Made by a program: the position numbers and the translations under genes
Shown: positions 1-13,545 of the stretch, piece after piece
How positions within the stretch are numbered: the first letter of the stretch is position 1
How the letters are laid out: each line of letters starts with the position of its first letter
NCBI GenBank assembly: GCA_951406725.2
Contig: OX597820.1
Coordinates: 113,832,001-113,896,000 of the forward strand
Reading direction: 5' to 3'
Length of the DNA: 64,000 nucleotides
DNA from: Octopus vulgaris
Taxonomy: Eukaryota
Notes under the pieces: generated by a model
Seen by the model: only the letters and a program-made list of their open reading frames with translations
Told to the model about the DNA's origin: nothing
Databases searched by the model: none

Positions 1-600
1 TCAAGAAAGCCTTTATTTGCCATTTCTAGCACCGTTGCGCGACTGTAGAAGTTCTGTTGATGCTTGATATCAGATATTTCGGCAAAATCTTTCGAAAAAT
101 TCCAAGTGTCAACAGTCTTTTTTGCCAATAGGGGGCGTAGTGTGTAGAGTTGTCATGAGCAAACTGCGGCCTGATGTAAAGAGTAACATACAGCCTACCA
201 GGTGTAGAGTACTTTTTCCTCAATTATAATAATTTTAACACCTTTTTTCCCCCTTTTTTCCCTCTTTTCCTCTATCTCTTTTGTTTTCCCTTCATTTCTT
301 TTCCTTTCTGCAGAAGGATTAACGTCAGAGCATTCGATATTCATCTGACATGTTAGACTATTGCCGCGTTCATCTTACTTTGATCTTTCCGTGTTGTTCT
401 TTAAGTTGCTTTTTTGGGAGCTTTTGATTTTTGTATATATGTGCGTGTGTGTTTATATAATTAATAACTTTCAGTTTAAGATCCTATATATTTGTGTGTG
501 TGTGTGCGCGCGCGCGTTTGTATGTATTGCATAATGTGCAATATGATGTTTATATGCGTAAGCGTGTGTGTGTGTATGTATGTGTGTATATATATATATG

Positions 601-645
<45 letters not shown>

Positions 646-973
646 TTATTTATTTATTTATGTATATATGTATGTATGTATTTATATATATACATACATA
701 CATGCATACATACATACATACATACATACATACATACATACATACATACATACATACATACGTACGTACGTACGTACGTACACACACTGCAGTACCAGGC
801 AGTGGTTCTCATAGCTTCTGATCTTAACTGATTGGAAGTGTTATTATATGTACATGGTTTTGTCTTGGTATAAAAGATGGGCTACGGCAAATATTTTTAT
901 GTGTGTGTGTATATATATATATATATACACACACATACATACATACATACATACATGTGTGTGTGTGTGTGTG

Positions 974-1047
<74 letters not shown>

Positions 1048-1050
<3 letters not shown>

Positions 1051-1602
1051 TGGCTGCCCCCTCGTTATCGAGTATGTCCATTGCACGAAGCTTAATCAAT
1101 GTTGTTATCGTGCAATGCCTGTGTAAGAAGATTTTTTTTTAAAGTGAGGAAAGGCTGTGCACTGAGTCAATCCCACTCACTAAGCAACAGCAGCCATAAT
1201 CCGAAAAGAAGAACAAGTCAACATCATCGGTAACCACTGAGCCGCAGATCTTATGTCGGAGTTATCCCAGTTACCTGAGTTACCTTCTCCTAGAAGGATG
1301 CCCTAACAAAGGCTAGGAGTCCTTCACTCCCAATGGTTTAACCGCGCGATCGGGTATTCAGTCCGATTATTTCTATGTCCCCGCGCATGATACAGCCTTA
1401 AGACATTTATTGGATGGCCATTGACTCTCAAGAGTTCCTCCGCCCTTTGACGGGTTTTGTTTTTCATCCCACAGGGTGTCCAATAAACACCCTCCTCACC
1501 AAGCAAGCTTGGTGGGGTTTCCGGTTTAGTGGCCGACGACCCAACCATGCAACAGGTTGTACTGGGTTACATGTTAGCAGTAGCACTCGAAAGTGACCTG
1601 AC
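1048..1602 (-). mobile_element. Non-coding RTE-derived short element between TA-rich microsatellites
   Basis: Minus strand carries GGGCATCCTTCTAGGAGAAGGTAACTC, similar to the RTE 5'-UTR motif. GC-richer than the flanks, no credible ORF. Confidence 0.4.
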
Positions 1603-1649
1603 ATACATATATACATACACACACACACATACATACATACATACATACA

Positions 1650-1685
<36 letters not shown>

Positions 1686-1692
1686 TACACAC

Positions 1693-1746
<54 letters not shown>

Positions 1747-1747
1747 G

Positions 1748-1778
<31 letters not shown>

Positions 1779-4700
1779 TTCTCTCCTTGTTTTTTTTTTC
1801 TGTGTCCCTTTCTGTAGAAGAGCGTAGGCTCGAAACGTAAAAGACTTTTTCTATTCCTGAGTGTTATACTAATACATCTGTTTGTTTTGTACACCACCTG
1901 TCTTTGTCTTTTGTGTTTTTTTCGTAAACTCTCACATATATATATACTTCCAAAAATGGTTTGTATGTATTTATGCACTATGGGCATACAGGTAGTTTTA
2001 TCAATCATCGAGACTGTATTCCCGTAGCTGTTTGATGAATTCCACGTATCTACATTTCTGTCCTCTCTCACATCTTCACTATACTTTAACCCTGCCTGGG
2101 ACAGAAACCAAATCTCTCACAAACAGCACTCTACCATCTTGAAAAACGAAAGGACACATTAGACTTTGCAACTTCGCTTTTCACCCTTTCACATCATTCT
2201 CTTTTGCTTAACCACCTCTCTCTCCCTCTCTCTCTCTCTCTCTCTCACTCTCTCTGTCTCTGTCCTTCCTTCTCTCTCTCTCTCACACACATACACACAC
2301 ACATACTCACACACACACTCTCTCTCTCTCTCACTCTCTCTGCATCTGTCTTTCCTTCTCTCTCTCTCACACACACATACACACACACATACTCACACAC
2401 ACACACTCTCTCTCTCTCACTCTCTCTGCCTCTGTCTTTCCTTCTCTCTCTCTCACACACACATACACACACACATACACACACTCTCTCTCTCTCTCTC
2501 TCAATCATATCTCTCCCTCAACATCAGCTATTTTCCTCACACTTTGACGAAGCGCCAGAATGACGAAACGTTTTATACCCTCACACCTCACATCAAATAA
2601 ACTTTATAAATTTTCCGAACCATATTAGTTGATTTTTCCTGACATTGACTGTCCCCCACACCTTGGATTCCCGATAGTTTCCCTATTTCAATGTTATATT
2701 TTTTCAGGCCCTTGTCGTGAAATCATTTTTTATTGGTGATATTGATAAGGGTGGGAAAGGAGTTTTATCGAAATCATGGTTTAAATTTTGATATTTCATC
2801 GACTCTTTGGAAAACGTTTGCGTTTCCACATCATGCACACACACAAACACATACATACAGACATCTATATAAAGTGATGGATAGATAGACAGACAGACAG
2901 ACAGAGATGGAGACAGATAGTCACACATAGATATATACAAGCATTCATGCATACATAATGCGTACGTAAGCATACTGATACATACATATAGACACAGTAA
3001 CAAACATACACACACGTGCGTGTGAGTGTGTGTGCGTGTGTGTGTGTGTGTGTGTATGTGTGTGTGCGTGTGTGTGTGTGTATTTATGCTTTTCTGTGTC
3101 CATATGTACGCGTGAGTACGGCCAGGATTACGTTTATCCCCATTAGTGTAGCTACCAGCGCCACCTAGTGCCAGACAGTGTCTTTAAATACCAGTAGCAA
3201 ATGTATTTTAAGAGAAAATAAGACACTAATGGATACAAAAACAAAGGCCACCGTGAAACGATGTTAGACTCTAAGACAAAAGGGCGGGGGGGTTGGTCGA
3301 AGGAGGAGTAGGAGCGATAAGCTGGGGGGGGGGGGAGATGTGGGCAGATAGGTTAGTGGGGGGGGGAGGGTCTGTAATACCTGAAAGATGTATTATTTAT
3401 GCAAGTGAAATGATGAACGTATATGTGTGTGTATGCATGTGTGCGTGTGCGTAGTTACGTACTTAAATACGTATAGGAAATATGTGTGTGTGTGTGTGTG
3501 TGTGTGTGCGTGCGTGTGTAGCTATATGTGTATTTATGAGCAAAAACATGTATTTAAATACATATAAGCAATATATATTTATATACATACACATACTTAC
3601 ATAAATATGTATGTATATATATATATATATTCATGTATATATATATATTCATATATATATATATGTGCGTGTGTGTGTTTGTGTACGTATGTATATATAT
3701 GTATGTGTGTGTGTGTTTGTGTACATATGTAATATGTATATTGAACATATATATGTGTGTGTATGTATGTATGAATGAATTTATGTATGTGCATGCATAT
3801 ATGTGTGTGCGTGTGTGTGTGTGTGTGTGCATACAAACATAAACATACTTAAATACATACGCATATACACGAACACACACACACACACACTCACACACAC
3901 ACACAAACAAACAAACACAAGTCTATATATTTTTGTGTGTATATAATTATATGTGTGATTAACGGCTTTCAGAACAGACTCCTGATCATGGACACTGAGC
4001 TAAGGTCATGTGACTTTATATATAATTCGTCTTCTCTCATCTTCAGTCGTACCATATAGTAACATCTTTGGGAGATAACTATTTGATCGGCAGCCATGAT
4101 TGTGACGTGGTTTTTATGGCGTTGCTTCACTTCAAATATTTGCTTTTGAAGTACGTCAGTTTGATCATGCACCGTCCATACATACTAATATATATATAGT
4201 GTATGATTGTTTATCTTTTCGAATGGCTAGCTAACTAGCAAGTTATCTTGCATCTATTAAGTCCGTCGGTCTATCTTCCCATTTATATATCTCTAACTGT
4301 CGTCTGCCTCTAAGTGTTCATCTAAACACCAGTCTATTCATCTATCTAGCTGTTTATTTGTCCGATGATGCATGAACAAATTATTCGGACGTTGTGTTCA
4401 CGATTGTAAAGTCGCGAGTTCGATTCCCGGACCGGGCAGAGATTATGTCCTTAAGCAATGTACATCATTTCATGTTGCTGTAAATGACTACTTGCTGATG
4501 TTCATGTTGGTATAGCTCTCTCTCTCTCCTTCTCTCTCTCTTTATCTCTCTCTCTCGCGCGCTCTCTCACGCGCTCTCTCTCCCTCTCTCTCTTGCTCTC
4601 TCCCTCTCTCTCCTCTCTCTCTCCCTTTCTCTCTTGCTCTCTCTCCTTCTCCCCCCCCTCTCTCTCTCTCTCTCTCTCTCCTTTCAGCAAACACTCCTCG

Positions 4701-5351
4701 GTGTCCCAATAGGACAAACTAAGAAGACCGAGAGGATATTCTGTGTTTGCTGGAAACTATAGAGGCACCTAAAACTATTTGAGAAAGCGCGGTACAACCT
4801 ATTAGGTTATACTCGTTTGCGAGTGACGGCTAAGCATTTTACATCCTATTTACTTGTGTCTCTGACAATCTTTCCTGTCGTCTCTATATATGTCATTCTA
4901 TTTCTCCATTGATATGTGTGTATGTGCGTGCATGTATAAAGAGAGAAACAAAGATGAGAGGCAATAGTATGATGTTATATACGGAAAATCATAATAGAAA
5001 CGATTAACAGAAGACAAGAATGCATGAAACATCTCTCGTCAGCTATGGAGTCACCGTAGTTTCAGCGCGTTTAAAGTTCATGTATTTTGTAATAATAACA
5101 ATAATAATAATAATAATAATAACAATAAGATGATGGAGAAGGGGGATGGAGAAGAAGAACAACTACAACAACGACGGCGACAAATGAGAGAGATTTCCAA
5201 TGTTTACAAGAGAAAAATGAGTTAGGTGCTCGAAAGAAAATTTAACGGAGGGAATATTCTTTTCTACTCTAGGCACAAGGCCCGAAATTTTGGGAAGGAG
5301 CCAGTCGATTAAATCGACCCCAGTACGCAACTGGTACATAATTTGTCGATG

Positions 5352-5478
<127 letters not shown>

Positions 5479-5722
5479 AGAAATTGGAATAGAGTGTCCA
5501 GTAGAACTGTTACAAAAGGTTTGCCTCCTTGGCACGGCCAGAATATTCAGGAAGTATTAGATAGCTGAACAGAACAAATAGCATGGTACCGTAGGCTGCA
5601 CGTAGTAAGCCTGCTATGCATGCAAGACTCACAAAACCTGTGGTAAAGAGAAAATAATAACAACAACAACAACAATAATAATAATAATAATAACAATAAT
5701 AATAATAGTAATAATAATAATG

Positions 5723-5770
<48 letters not shown>

Positions 5771-6048
5771 GTTTCAAAATTTGGCACAAAGCCATTAATT
5801 TGGCACAAAGCCATTAATTTTCAGATAAGGGGTTAAGTCGATTACATCCACCCCAGTGTTCAAATAGTACTTGTTTCATCGACTCTGAAAGTTGACACCG
5901 GTGGAATTTGAACTCCGAACAGAAGGACGGACGGAATGCCGCTAAGCATTTTACCCGGCGTGCTAACAATTCTACCAGCTCGCCGCCTTAACAATGATGA
6001 TGATGAAGATGATGATGACGACGACGATGACGATGACTATGATGAAGG

Positions 6049-6121
<73 letters not shown>

Positions 6122-6384
6122 CGAAGAGAGGAAAATTAATAATGAATCCTCAATTTCATTCTAGATGAAGACAGAGACCAGAGAACTACAAACACAGACA
6201 TACAAATACTTAAAGATCAATCATTATAGACGCGTTAGATTAATACTTAAAACAGAGCTAAAGACAGAATATATGGTAACAGATATCATCACTATTCTAG
6301 CTGTCGTGGTCAAAATGTTGTTGTAATATTTACCATCCAACTGAACGATAGACGAAGTAGCGAGACGACAGTAAAACAAGAAAA

Positions 6385-6970
6385 ACAAGAGCACTCAGAG
6401 ATCGCAAACCTCCGCCAAGGCAACACCAACATCCTCTCAACGATTAGCCAGAGATGATTTTTTTAAATGAGAATATCTTAAATAAACTCGGCTGCTCTCA
6501 CAAACGAGAATACTAAGAATGAACCCGACTGCTCTCAAAAGTAAAGTAAAAAAGAGAACGGAAAAATAATCCAGAATCCTTGTCCGGTACCGGATCGATC
6601 CCAATGGTAGTCATGGAATGTGAAGGTGGCTGTAGAAAATTTTGTAACAGTAATAAATAGTTTATCCTTATCTAATACAAGCTGAAGTTAACAAAGTCAC
6701 CATTCAAAATAGTTAAGTCTAAAGGGAGATAATTGAGAAAGACTTGAAAGTTAACGTAAGATCGTAACCATGTAACGTAAAGTAAATATAATAATCCAGA
6801 ATCCTTGCCCGGATCCGGATCGATCCCAAAATCTAATCAGTTCGTGCTAGTCACGAGGCCAAACATCCCTGAAAGTTTCATTCGAATCCATCCAGCGGTT
6901 CTTGAGATATCTTGTCCACGGACAAACAAACAAACAAACACAACTGAAAACAAGCGAAAGTGGAGGTAAA
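6385..6970. mobile_element. DINE-1/HINE-like (Helentron-associated) non-autonomous element
   Basis: Subterminal ACCTCCGC...GTGGAGGT inverted motif, internal duplication (AATAATCCAGAATCCTTG...GATCGATCCCA at about 6566 and 6790) and an (ACAA)n tract. Confidence 0.45.
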
Positions 6971-7096
6971 AATTACTGTATCGGATATACCTCTTAGAAT
7001 CTGGGATAGAAATACTCTATTCACCAAGAATACAGGAACTAATAAAGTTCCTGTATTCTTATATCAAAATTTGACAGGCTACTTAGTTTCACCCCT

Positions 7097-7171
<75 letters not shown>

Positions 7172-7183
7172 TATATATATATA

Positions 7184-7491
7184 ATTATATAAAAGGGCTT
7201 AGTAAAATAAATTACTTTGCCGCATACTGAACTCATTAGAAATAGCAGCTAAAAAAACTTTTTTAAAACTATTTCCAATACTTAAAGAAAATCTCTCTCA
7301 TATAGTGTTTGCTCAATTCAACTCACGAAAGTATGAGGGTTGAATTTCGTGAGTTGAATTGAGCAAACACTATATGAGAGAGATTTTCTTTAAGTATTGG
7401 AAATAGTTTTAAAAAAGTTTTTTTAGCTGCTATTTCTAATGAGGTCAGTATGCGGCAAAGTAATTTATTTTACTAAGCCCTTTTATATAAT
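7184..7491. repeat. Near-perfect long inverted repeat (about 147-bp arms, 14-nt loop)
   Basis: 7184-7330 is the reverse complement of 7345-7491; I see one mismatch. The region lies between (CA)n/(TA)n tracts. Confidence 0.9.
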
Positions 7492-7581
7492 GTAATAATT
7501 TGAATTCGCCTTAAATGGTCCCTTTGCATACTGAATACTTGGTGAAATTGATTAATTAATTAATTTTACCCTCAATTGTTG

Positions 7582-7646
<65 letters not shown>

Positions 7647-7858
7647 TTATGAGAGGTAATGGTGTCAAGAAGACCCAAAGGTGTCAGGTAATGCTGAATA
7701 AGTGCTACGGACAGACTATAGTTAAGCTCCATGTTGAGTGATTATGCGAATGAGGAGTCCTGCGTAGGTCATATATCAGCATGCATATATATAAAAATTT
7801 AACAGAATGAGATAAAAATCCAAGGCTGTGAAAGATTTCAGAACATTTATAAATAGAA

Positions 7859-7908
7859 GGTCTCCGATGAAGGGATATATAAAATATCCCGGAAACAGCT
7901 GTAAGACC
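7859..7908 (+). ncRNA. Minimal type-I hammerhead-like motif (U4C core variant)
   Basis: GGUCU-CCGAUGA-A-GGGAUAU(auaaa)AUAUCCC-G-GAAA-CAGCUG-UA-AGACC. Perfect stems I and II, palindromic ACAGCUGU; sits in the loop of an inverted repeat. Confidence 0.6.
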
Positions 7909-8190
7909 TATTTATAAATGTCCTGAAATCTTTCACATCCTCGGATTTTTATCTCATTTTGTTAATTTATATATATATATATATATATATACATGTTTCA
8001 GTCACTGATTGTTGCCATGCTGGGGTTGAAGTTTAGTCCAACGAATCGAGCTCAGTCCTTTTAATAAAACCCGCTACTTATTCTGTCTTTTTTGCCGAAC
8101 CGCTAAGTTACCAATACCGGTTGTCAAGCGCTGGTAGGGGACAAACACAGACACAACCACACACACACACACACAAACACAGACACAACC

Positions 8191-8225
<35 letters not shown>

Positions 8226-8569
8226 CACACACAAACACGCACGCACATTCATATATATATATATGACGGGCTTCTTTTAGTTTCCGTCTACCAAGTCCAT
8301 TCACAAGGCTTTGATCGGCCCGAGGCTATAGTAGAAGACACTTGCCCAAGGTGGCATGCAGTGGGACTGAACTCGGGCCCATATGGTTGAGAAACATATA
8401 AACACATACTAAATAGAAACCGGTTTATTAACAGACTGCCGTAGCATTGATTAAAGAGTGCTAATTAAGAACCGTTCTTTCCTAATGATAAAACGTCATC
8501 TCCTGAAACATGTTTGACGTCACATGGTGTCACGTGATGATGGAGTGTCCTGGATCCAAAGGGATGAAC

Positions 8570-9044
8570 TCAATATCTCGTGTCACCACCGTTAGCGTTG
8601 ATTACCACCAGCCATCTTCTGTACATTCGATGCAGCAAACGAATGATGAAGGCCATGGGGAGAGCATCCCACACAATCTGTGAGGATGGGGCACCCAGCC
8701 GGACGTCGACAAGACAGATAAAAAGATTTCAGCCGGCGGTAAACTGTCTCTACATAAATGAGTCTGTGGTGAGTCCCTAAAGTTTGTCTAGCTGATTCCA
8801 TTGCCCTCAGGAATCGGTCCTGCAAGTGCTGTCGGTGCAGGTAACGATCTTGACGTGCCATTGTAACCCTCGGTCGACCACTTCGTGGACGATCATTTGT
8901 GCTGTTTGTGGCACTGTATCGTTCCTTCGGCCGTTCAATTGTCCGAATACTGCAGTTCAAGTCATTAGCAATGACCCAAGGACGTTGACCAGCGTGAAGA
9001 CGTCCGATGGCTTGCTCCCTCTGATTTCGCGTCAGTCTTGGCAT
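8570..9044 (-). mobile_element. Tc1-family transposase remnant, internally deleted
   Basis: N-terminal paired/HTH region with the RSGRPR motif, fused to the Tc1 C-terminus WDALPMAFI...NGGDTRY*. The DDE core is absent. Confidence 0.8.
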
Positions 9045-9263
9045 GCTTGCTGCGAACGGGAAACGAATGAATTTTTTTTATTGCCCACTAGAGGTCAACA
9101 TAGATGGGGACAATACAATCTGGGGTCAGATATACGAATGCTTTTACAATAAAATGCGGTTAAAAATTGACATATATAAACAAATGGAGTGGTGCTTGGG
9201 TTTAGCTTCGACCCCACGAACCCCAACCACCACTGATACATTTTAGGATACGTTATGGCCTAT

Positions 9264-10295
9264 TCATTCGGCTACAACAACTCGCGACACTCGTGCTACA
9301 TATCTCCATCTTTCGTTAAGCAATTTCACTGACAGACACCTCCTCTCCAGTCCTATTTTTCTTTTCAAATGTAAAGCAAAATACCTCTGTAAGGCAAAGC
9401 CAGAGGCAAAGCTGCCTGTCTTTACTCCTTTCATTCTTGTCTTCCATGATACCTCTTTCGCTATTGCTACTACAATGAGAAAACAATTCTTACCTTCATT
9501 TGATAAAAAATCAGGCGGGTCAATTTTTATAATTGACTCAGTTGATAGCTGTATTCTCCTTGTACCAGACAACAGGTGTTCTGCATAAGCCTACATCTCC
9601 GACATCTCTGGACACTGGACAATAGCGTGCGGGACGGTTTCCCTATCCCGCTCACATCTTGGGCAGGTCGGAAAGTCGCATTGACCATGTCTTGCAAGCC
9701 TATCCCGAACGGGCAAGGCATTTCTGTAACATTGCCAGGTCAAGGACTTTCGGAAGTTATCCAGCGTCCTCAACCTGAACGTACGAAAAAACAGGCTACC
9801 AAATTGAATAAATCCGAGACCCTGAGTCTACCCCAGGCCATCGTCGCATTCAGCCTCTACCAACCCTCTATAGAAAAATGCTGTAGAACCCCCATCGCGG
9901 GTATTACCCGAGCGACGGAAGAGCAGGAGTGCCTTCAAGCATTCTGTATACCACTAACTCAACCTTGATCTACGAAAGCACCAGGCTTCCCGTCCACCGA
10001 AACTAGCGAATGAGGGAAACATCCGTTCCGCCAGCGGAGACCACACCTCATTCCAGAAGAATCCAGAGATGCCTCAACCTCAACGCGTATTTGCGCATCA
10101 TTAGCCAATGCATACCCAGTCCTCCCTTTGACGGTATTTGACAGCAAATAGAGTGTCTTACAAGTGGCTTCGAGCCCTTCCACAAAAAGCGAAAGAGCTG
10201 TCTTTCCAACTTGATCAACCACGCATCCGAGCAAGGAACGACGGTTAGGCGGTAGGTAATAACCGATGCGATAAACACATTGGCCACCTCCGTCC
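9264..10295 (-). mobile_element. L1/Tx1-clade LINE 3' fragment (post-RT region and zf-RVT), degraded
   Basis: FRFLWKG...SKGGLG motif and CPRCERDRETVPHAIVQC zinc knuckle spread over several frames. Confidence 0.8.
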
Positions 10296-11235
10296 TCTAA
10301 TCACGAGCAGAAGTAGTGGGGGAACATCAAAGCCATGTGTTGAGAGGAATTTTGCGGGGTTTGAATAATTCACCTCTGGAAACATGGATGTTTTGTTCAA
10401 CATCCTTGAACGATCCTTATTCAGAGACCTTTTGAGCGGGATGGGCGACTCGACATGAAGATAATTCTAACTGGACCCCACCTGCAAGGTCATGCGCTGT
10501 TTATCTTAATATGACACCATGTCACGCGGTAGTCATGATGCGTATACTGGGCTTCGTATTTTCGTACGCCAGTGTCGCTTTGATGGCATGCGCTGCTCTC
10601 TCACTCACTCAAGAAGAAGAAGAAGAAGAAGAAGAAGAAGAAGAAGAAGAAGAAGCTTATTGTGTACAGTGCATAGGTTCACTACAATTCATTCACACAC
10701 ACACGCACACTCTCGCGCGCACGCATACACATACACACACACGTGTATGTATGTACTATAATGAAAGACTCTTGCCTAAAATGCTGCACACTGGAACCAA
10801 TCCCTTCTTAACCACGTGACCGTATATGGATATTTTCTATCCTTTCCTTGTTTCAGTCCTTGTTTGTCCCCTCTGTGTTTAGCCCCTTGTGGGTAGTAAA
10901 GAAATAGATATATACATTATGACATCTATGTCATAATGTATATGTGAATGTATTTGTATATACATGTGTGTGTGTGTGTGTGCGTGTGTGTGTGAGTGAA
11001 TGTGTGTGGGTGTGGGTGTGCGTATGAATGCATGTGTATGTGTGTGCATACTGTTTGTATCCGGTTGTAATTTCCTGATCAGAAGAAATCCAATTAATTC
11101 TAGAGAATGAAGCAATATTGAAATAAACACACGCGCTCCCGCCACCAACTTGCCTCTACAAGCCTACGTTCACCAACATCTCAAGCCGTGTCTCCTTGCA
11201 TCCTTACAATATCTACCCAGTTACTACTACTGCTG

Positions 11236-11614
11236 ATGTTGCTGTTGAGCGAACGGTCTTCGTCCCAGAGCTCGCAAGATGGGAGAAGTCCGAAACGTGG
11301 TCCTTTGCTATTCGTAAGACCCGCAGAAGAGAGAGCAGGTCAACCCCCGACACTGAGAGCATCGACGGATGGATGAATGCGCATTCAGGCTCAGCGGTTG
11401 CATAGGAAGTCGGGGATAAGAAACAGGAAGAAAGAGTGAGAGAAAGTTGGAGCGAAAGAGTACAACAGGGGTCGCCACCACCCCCTGCCGGAGCCTCGTG
11501 GAGCTTTAGGTGTTTTCGCTCAATAGACACACACACAACGCTCGATCTGGGAATCGAAACCGCGATCCTCCGACCGCGAGTCCGCTAACCTAATCATTGG
11601 GCCATTGCGCCTCC
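11236..11614 (-). mobile_element. tRNA(Arg-like)-derived SINE; sister copies at about 20300-20640 (+) and 55810-56143 (-)
   Basis: A/B-box-like head (TGGCCCAATG...GTTTCGATTCCC) and about 350 bp shared by three copies in the window. Confidence 0.8.
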
Positions 11615-12869
11615 TGTTGTTGTTGGTGGTGGTGTAACTGGTATATACAAAAATGTGTAATCATATATGGCTGCCAATGTAGATTGTTGTTGGAGTCATG
11701 GGGAGACGAGCATCGTTAAACTTCTAGCAAACCAAAAACCGCGATCTAGATTCGAAGCCATTAACATCTCACTGGAACACCTAATGTCCTTCGAAAAAGC
11801 ATGAACGACTCAACCTCACGTTTCAAGTCCTTATTCTTTTTCTTTTCTAAAGAGTATACAGATTCGTGTGTAATCAAAGGAAATCAATATCGAATCAGTG
11901 TAATGTTCCAGACGTCGACTTCGATTTTAATCTTTCACTGTATCGGAAATTGATATGAGTACCAGCTCTGTACTGGAGTCTTCATGAAATCTTCGCATAA
12001 CATATTTATCCTTTTTTTAAGCCCCTCCACCCCCACTCCAAAAAATCCTCTTTTTCGATTTTTTTAAAATTAAAGTTTAAAATACTGACAGTCCGAATTT
12101 TTTGCGTAAATCCCAGCAATGAGCCACCTTTGGGTGCATCATCATTCCATTAAATGTGTCTATGGGGAGAAAAAATATTGAAAAACATCAATGCATTTCA
12201 GAGCGACAATGGAACGAGGAAGGTATCAGGCGGTCATGAGTTGTGCTAAAAATAACAGCTAAACTGACTTTAAATCACACACACAAAAAAAATATTTTGC
12301 TTTTTTTCATAATCGTATGAATTCCCGTTGTGTTGAACACAAATTCGCAAACATTCTCTGAAAATTCCAAAAACTAAAAAAGTTATGAGGTGCTTAAACC
12401 AGAACTCCGCCCAATATTTTACATGAGAAAACAAACGGTTTGTGCAGTAACTGAATTGGTAGCACATGAGACTGAATTCCTAGTGTTGTTCAGTTACCCC
12501 TGATGAGTTCAAATCCTGTCGAGCCACTTTTATTCCTCTAAGATCAGTAAAACAAGTTACTAATCTTGTATTTTGGTCATTTTAACAAATCCAGAATTGG
12601 CAAAATTGTGTTCCAGCAGACATTTTAGGGGGAAAAACCTAGGGATTTCATTATTGTTCCGATTAAGTAACGTCAATGAAAAAGACGCTATTTCAATATC
12701 TATGGATGAGTGAGGGATTAAAAACTTATACAAAGTGGTAATTGTGACATGAAAAACAGGAATATAGCTTTCTGTAATGATAAAATGATCATTGATAGAT
12801 GGTCCTTTTTTCTAACCAAATATTACTTTCCAAAAATCATGGATCTGCGCCTGAAAAGTCTTGTTGCAA

Positions 12870-13545
12870 TCTTGATGGCAGAACAGTGTCTGCTGTAACT
12901 GTAGAGACCCACATATGAGTAGCAGTCTAGGCTGCAGTCATCACAGTTGAAGGCGTTGCCCGCTAGTCTTGTTCTGATGTTTTTCCATCGAATTTGCTTC
13001 TCTCCATCAGCAATCCTAACCCTTTCCTCTCATCTTTAAACCCGTGTCTAATTCCAGTATCCAGTGAGAACGATCATCAGCAATGTTCTCCCATTTTCCA
13101 AAATTCAAATTAAGTGACATTATGCCGCTCTTGTAGACATCATTGAAGCAAAATTGGAGTTGTTTTTGTGTTCTTTTACCCGAAGTCAGTTCACCATATT
13201 GCAGGGCTAACTCAATCATAACTTCCATCTGACATGCGGTATGCAATGCCTGGCCAACGGAGGCGTTGTTGCAGCAAGTAAGAGACTTTGAGACACTGCT
13301 CCTATCTGGAGTTCATGCTCCAGATATCACTGCCACAAAGCAGTGTGCTGGGAACGCGAACTCTGTAGGCTGCAATTTTGATGTGCATTGTTGGCTAATC
13401 GTTCTCCCAGACTCTTGTTGTCAATCTAGCTAATACTGAGGCAGATCTTCCAATACCTCTGTTTATCTCAGGCTCTAGAAAAAGGTTGTCCGTGACAGTG
13501 GAGCAGAGGTATTAAATTCGTGGACTGCCTCCAGCTCACAATTGT
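12870..13545 (-). mobile_element. RTE-clade LINE 3' fragment, degraded
   Basis: LQYGELTSGKR...WENIADDRSHW, an RTE C-terminal motif; RT thumb remnants upstream. Confidence 0.7.

Noticed and set aside
492-3910. Many ORFs rich in YI/CV/HT/LS dipeptides (also 21050-21526 and 30079-30980)
   Set aside because: They are translations of (TA)n, (TG)n, (CA)n and (CT)n microsatellites, with no domain content or splice support.
5936-6139. Poly-Asp ORF (similarly the poly-Glu ORF at 10511-10819)
   Set aside because: A SINE end plus (GAT)n, or a (GAA)n repeat; not an acidic protein.
11540-11614. tRNA genes (also about 16538-16602, 19470-19545, 20300-20375, 47160-47230 and 49436-49505)
   Set aside because: A/B boxes are present but acceptor stems do not close, and each runs into a repeat body. 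These are SINE heads.
12498-12530. CTGATGAG hammerhead core
   Set aside because: No downstream GAAA or stems; it overlaps a SINE B-box (GAGTTCAAATCC).
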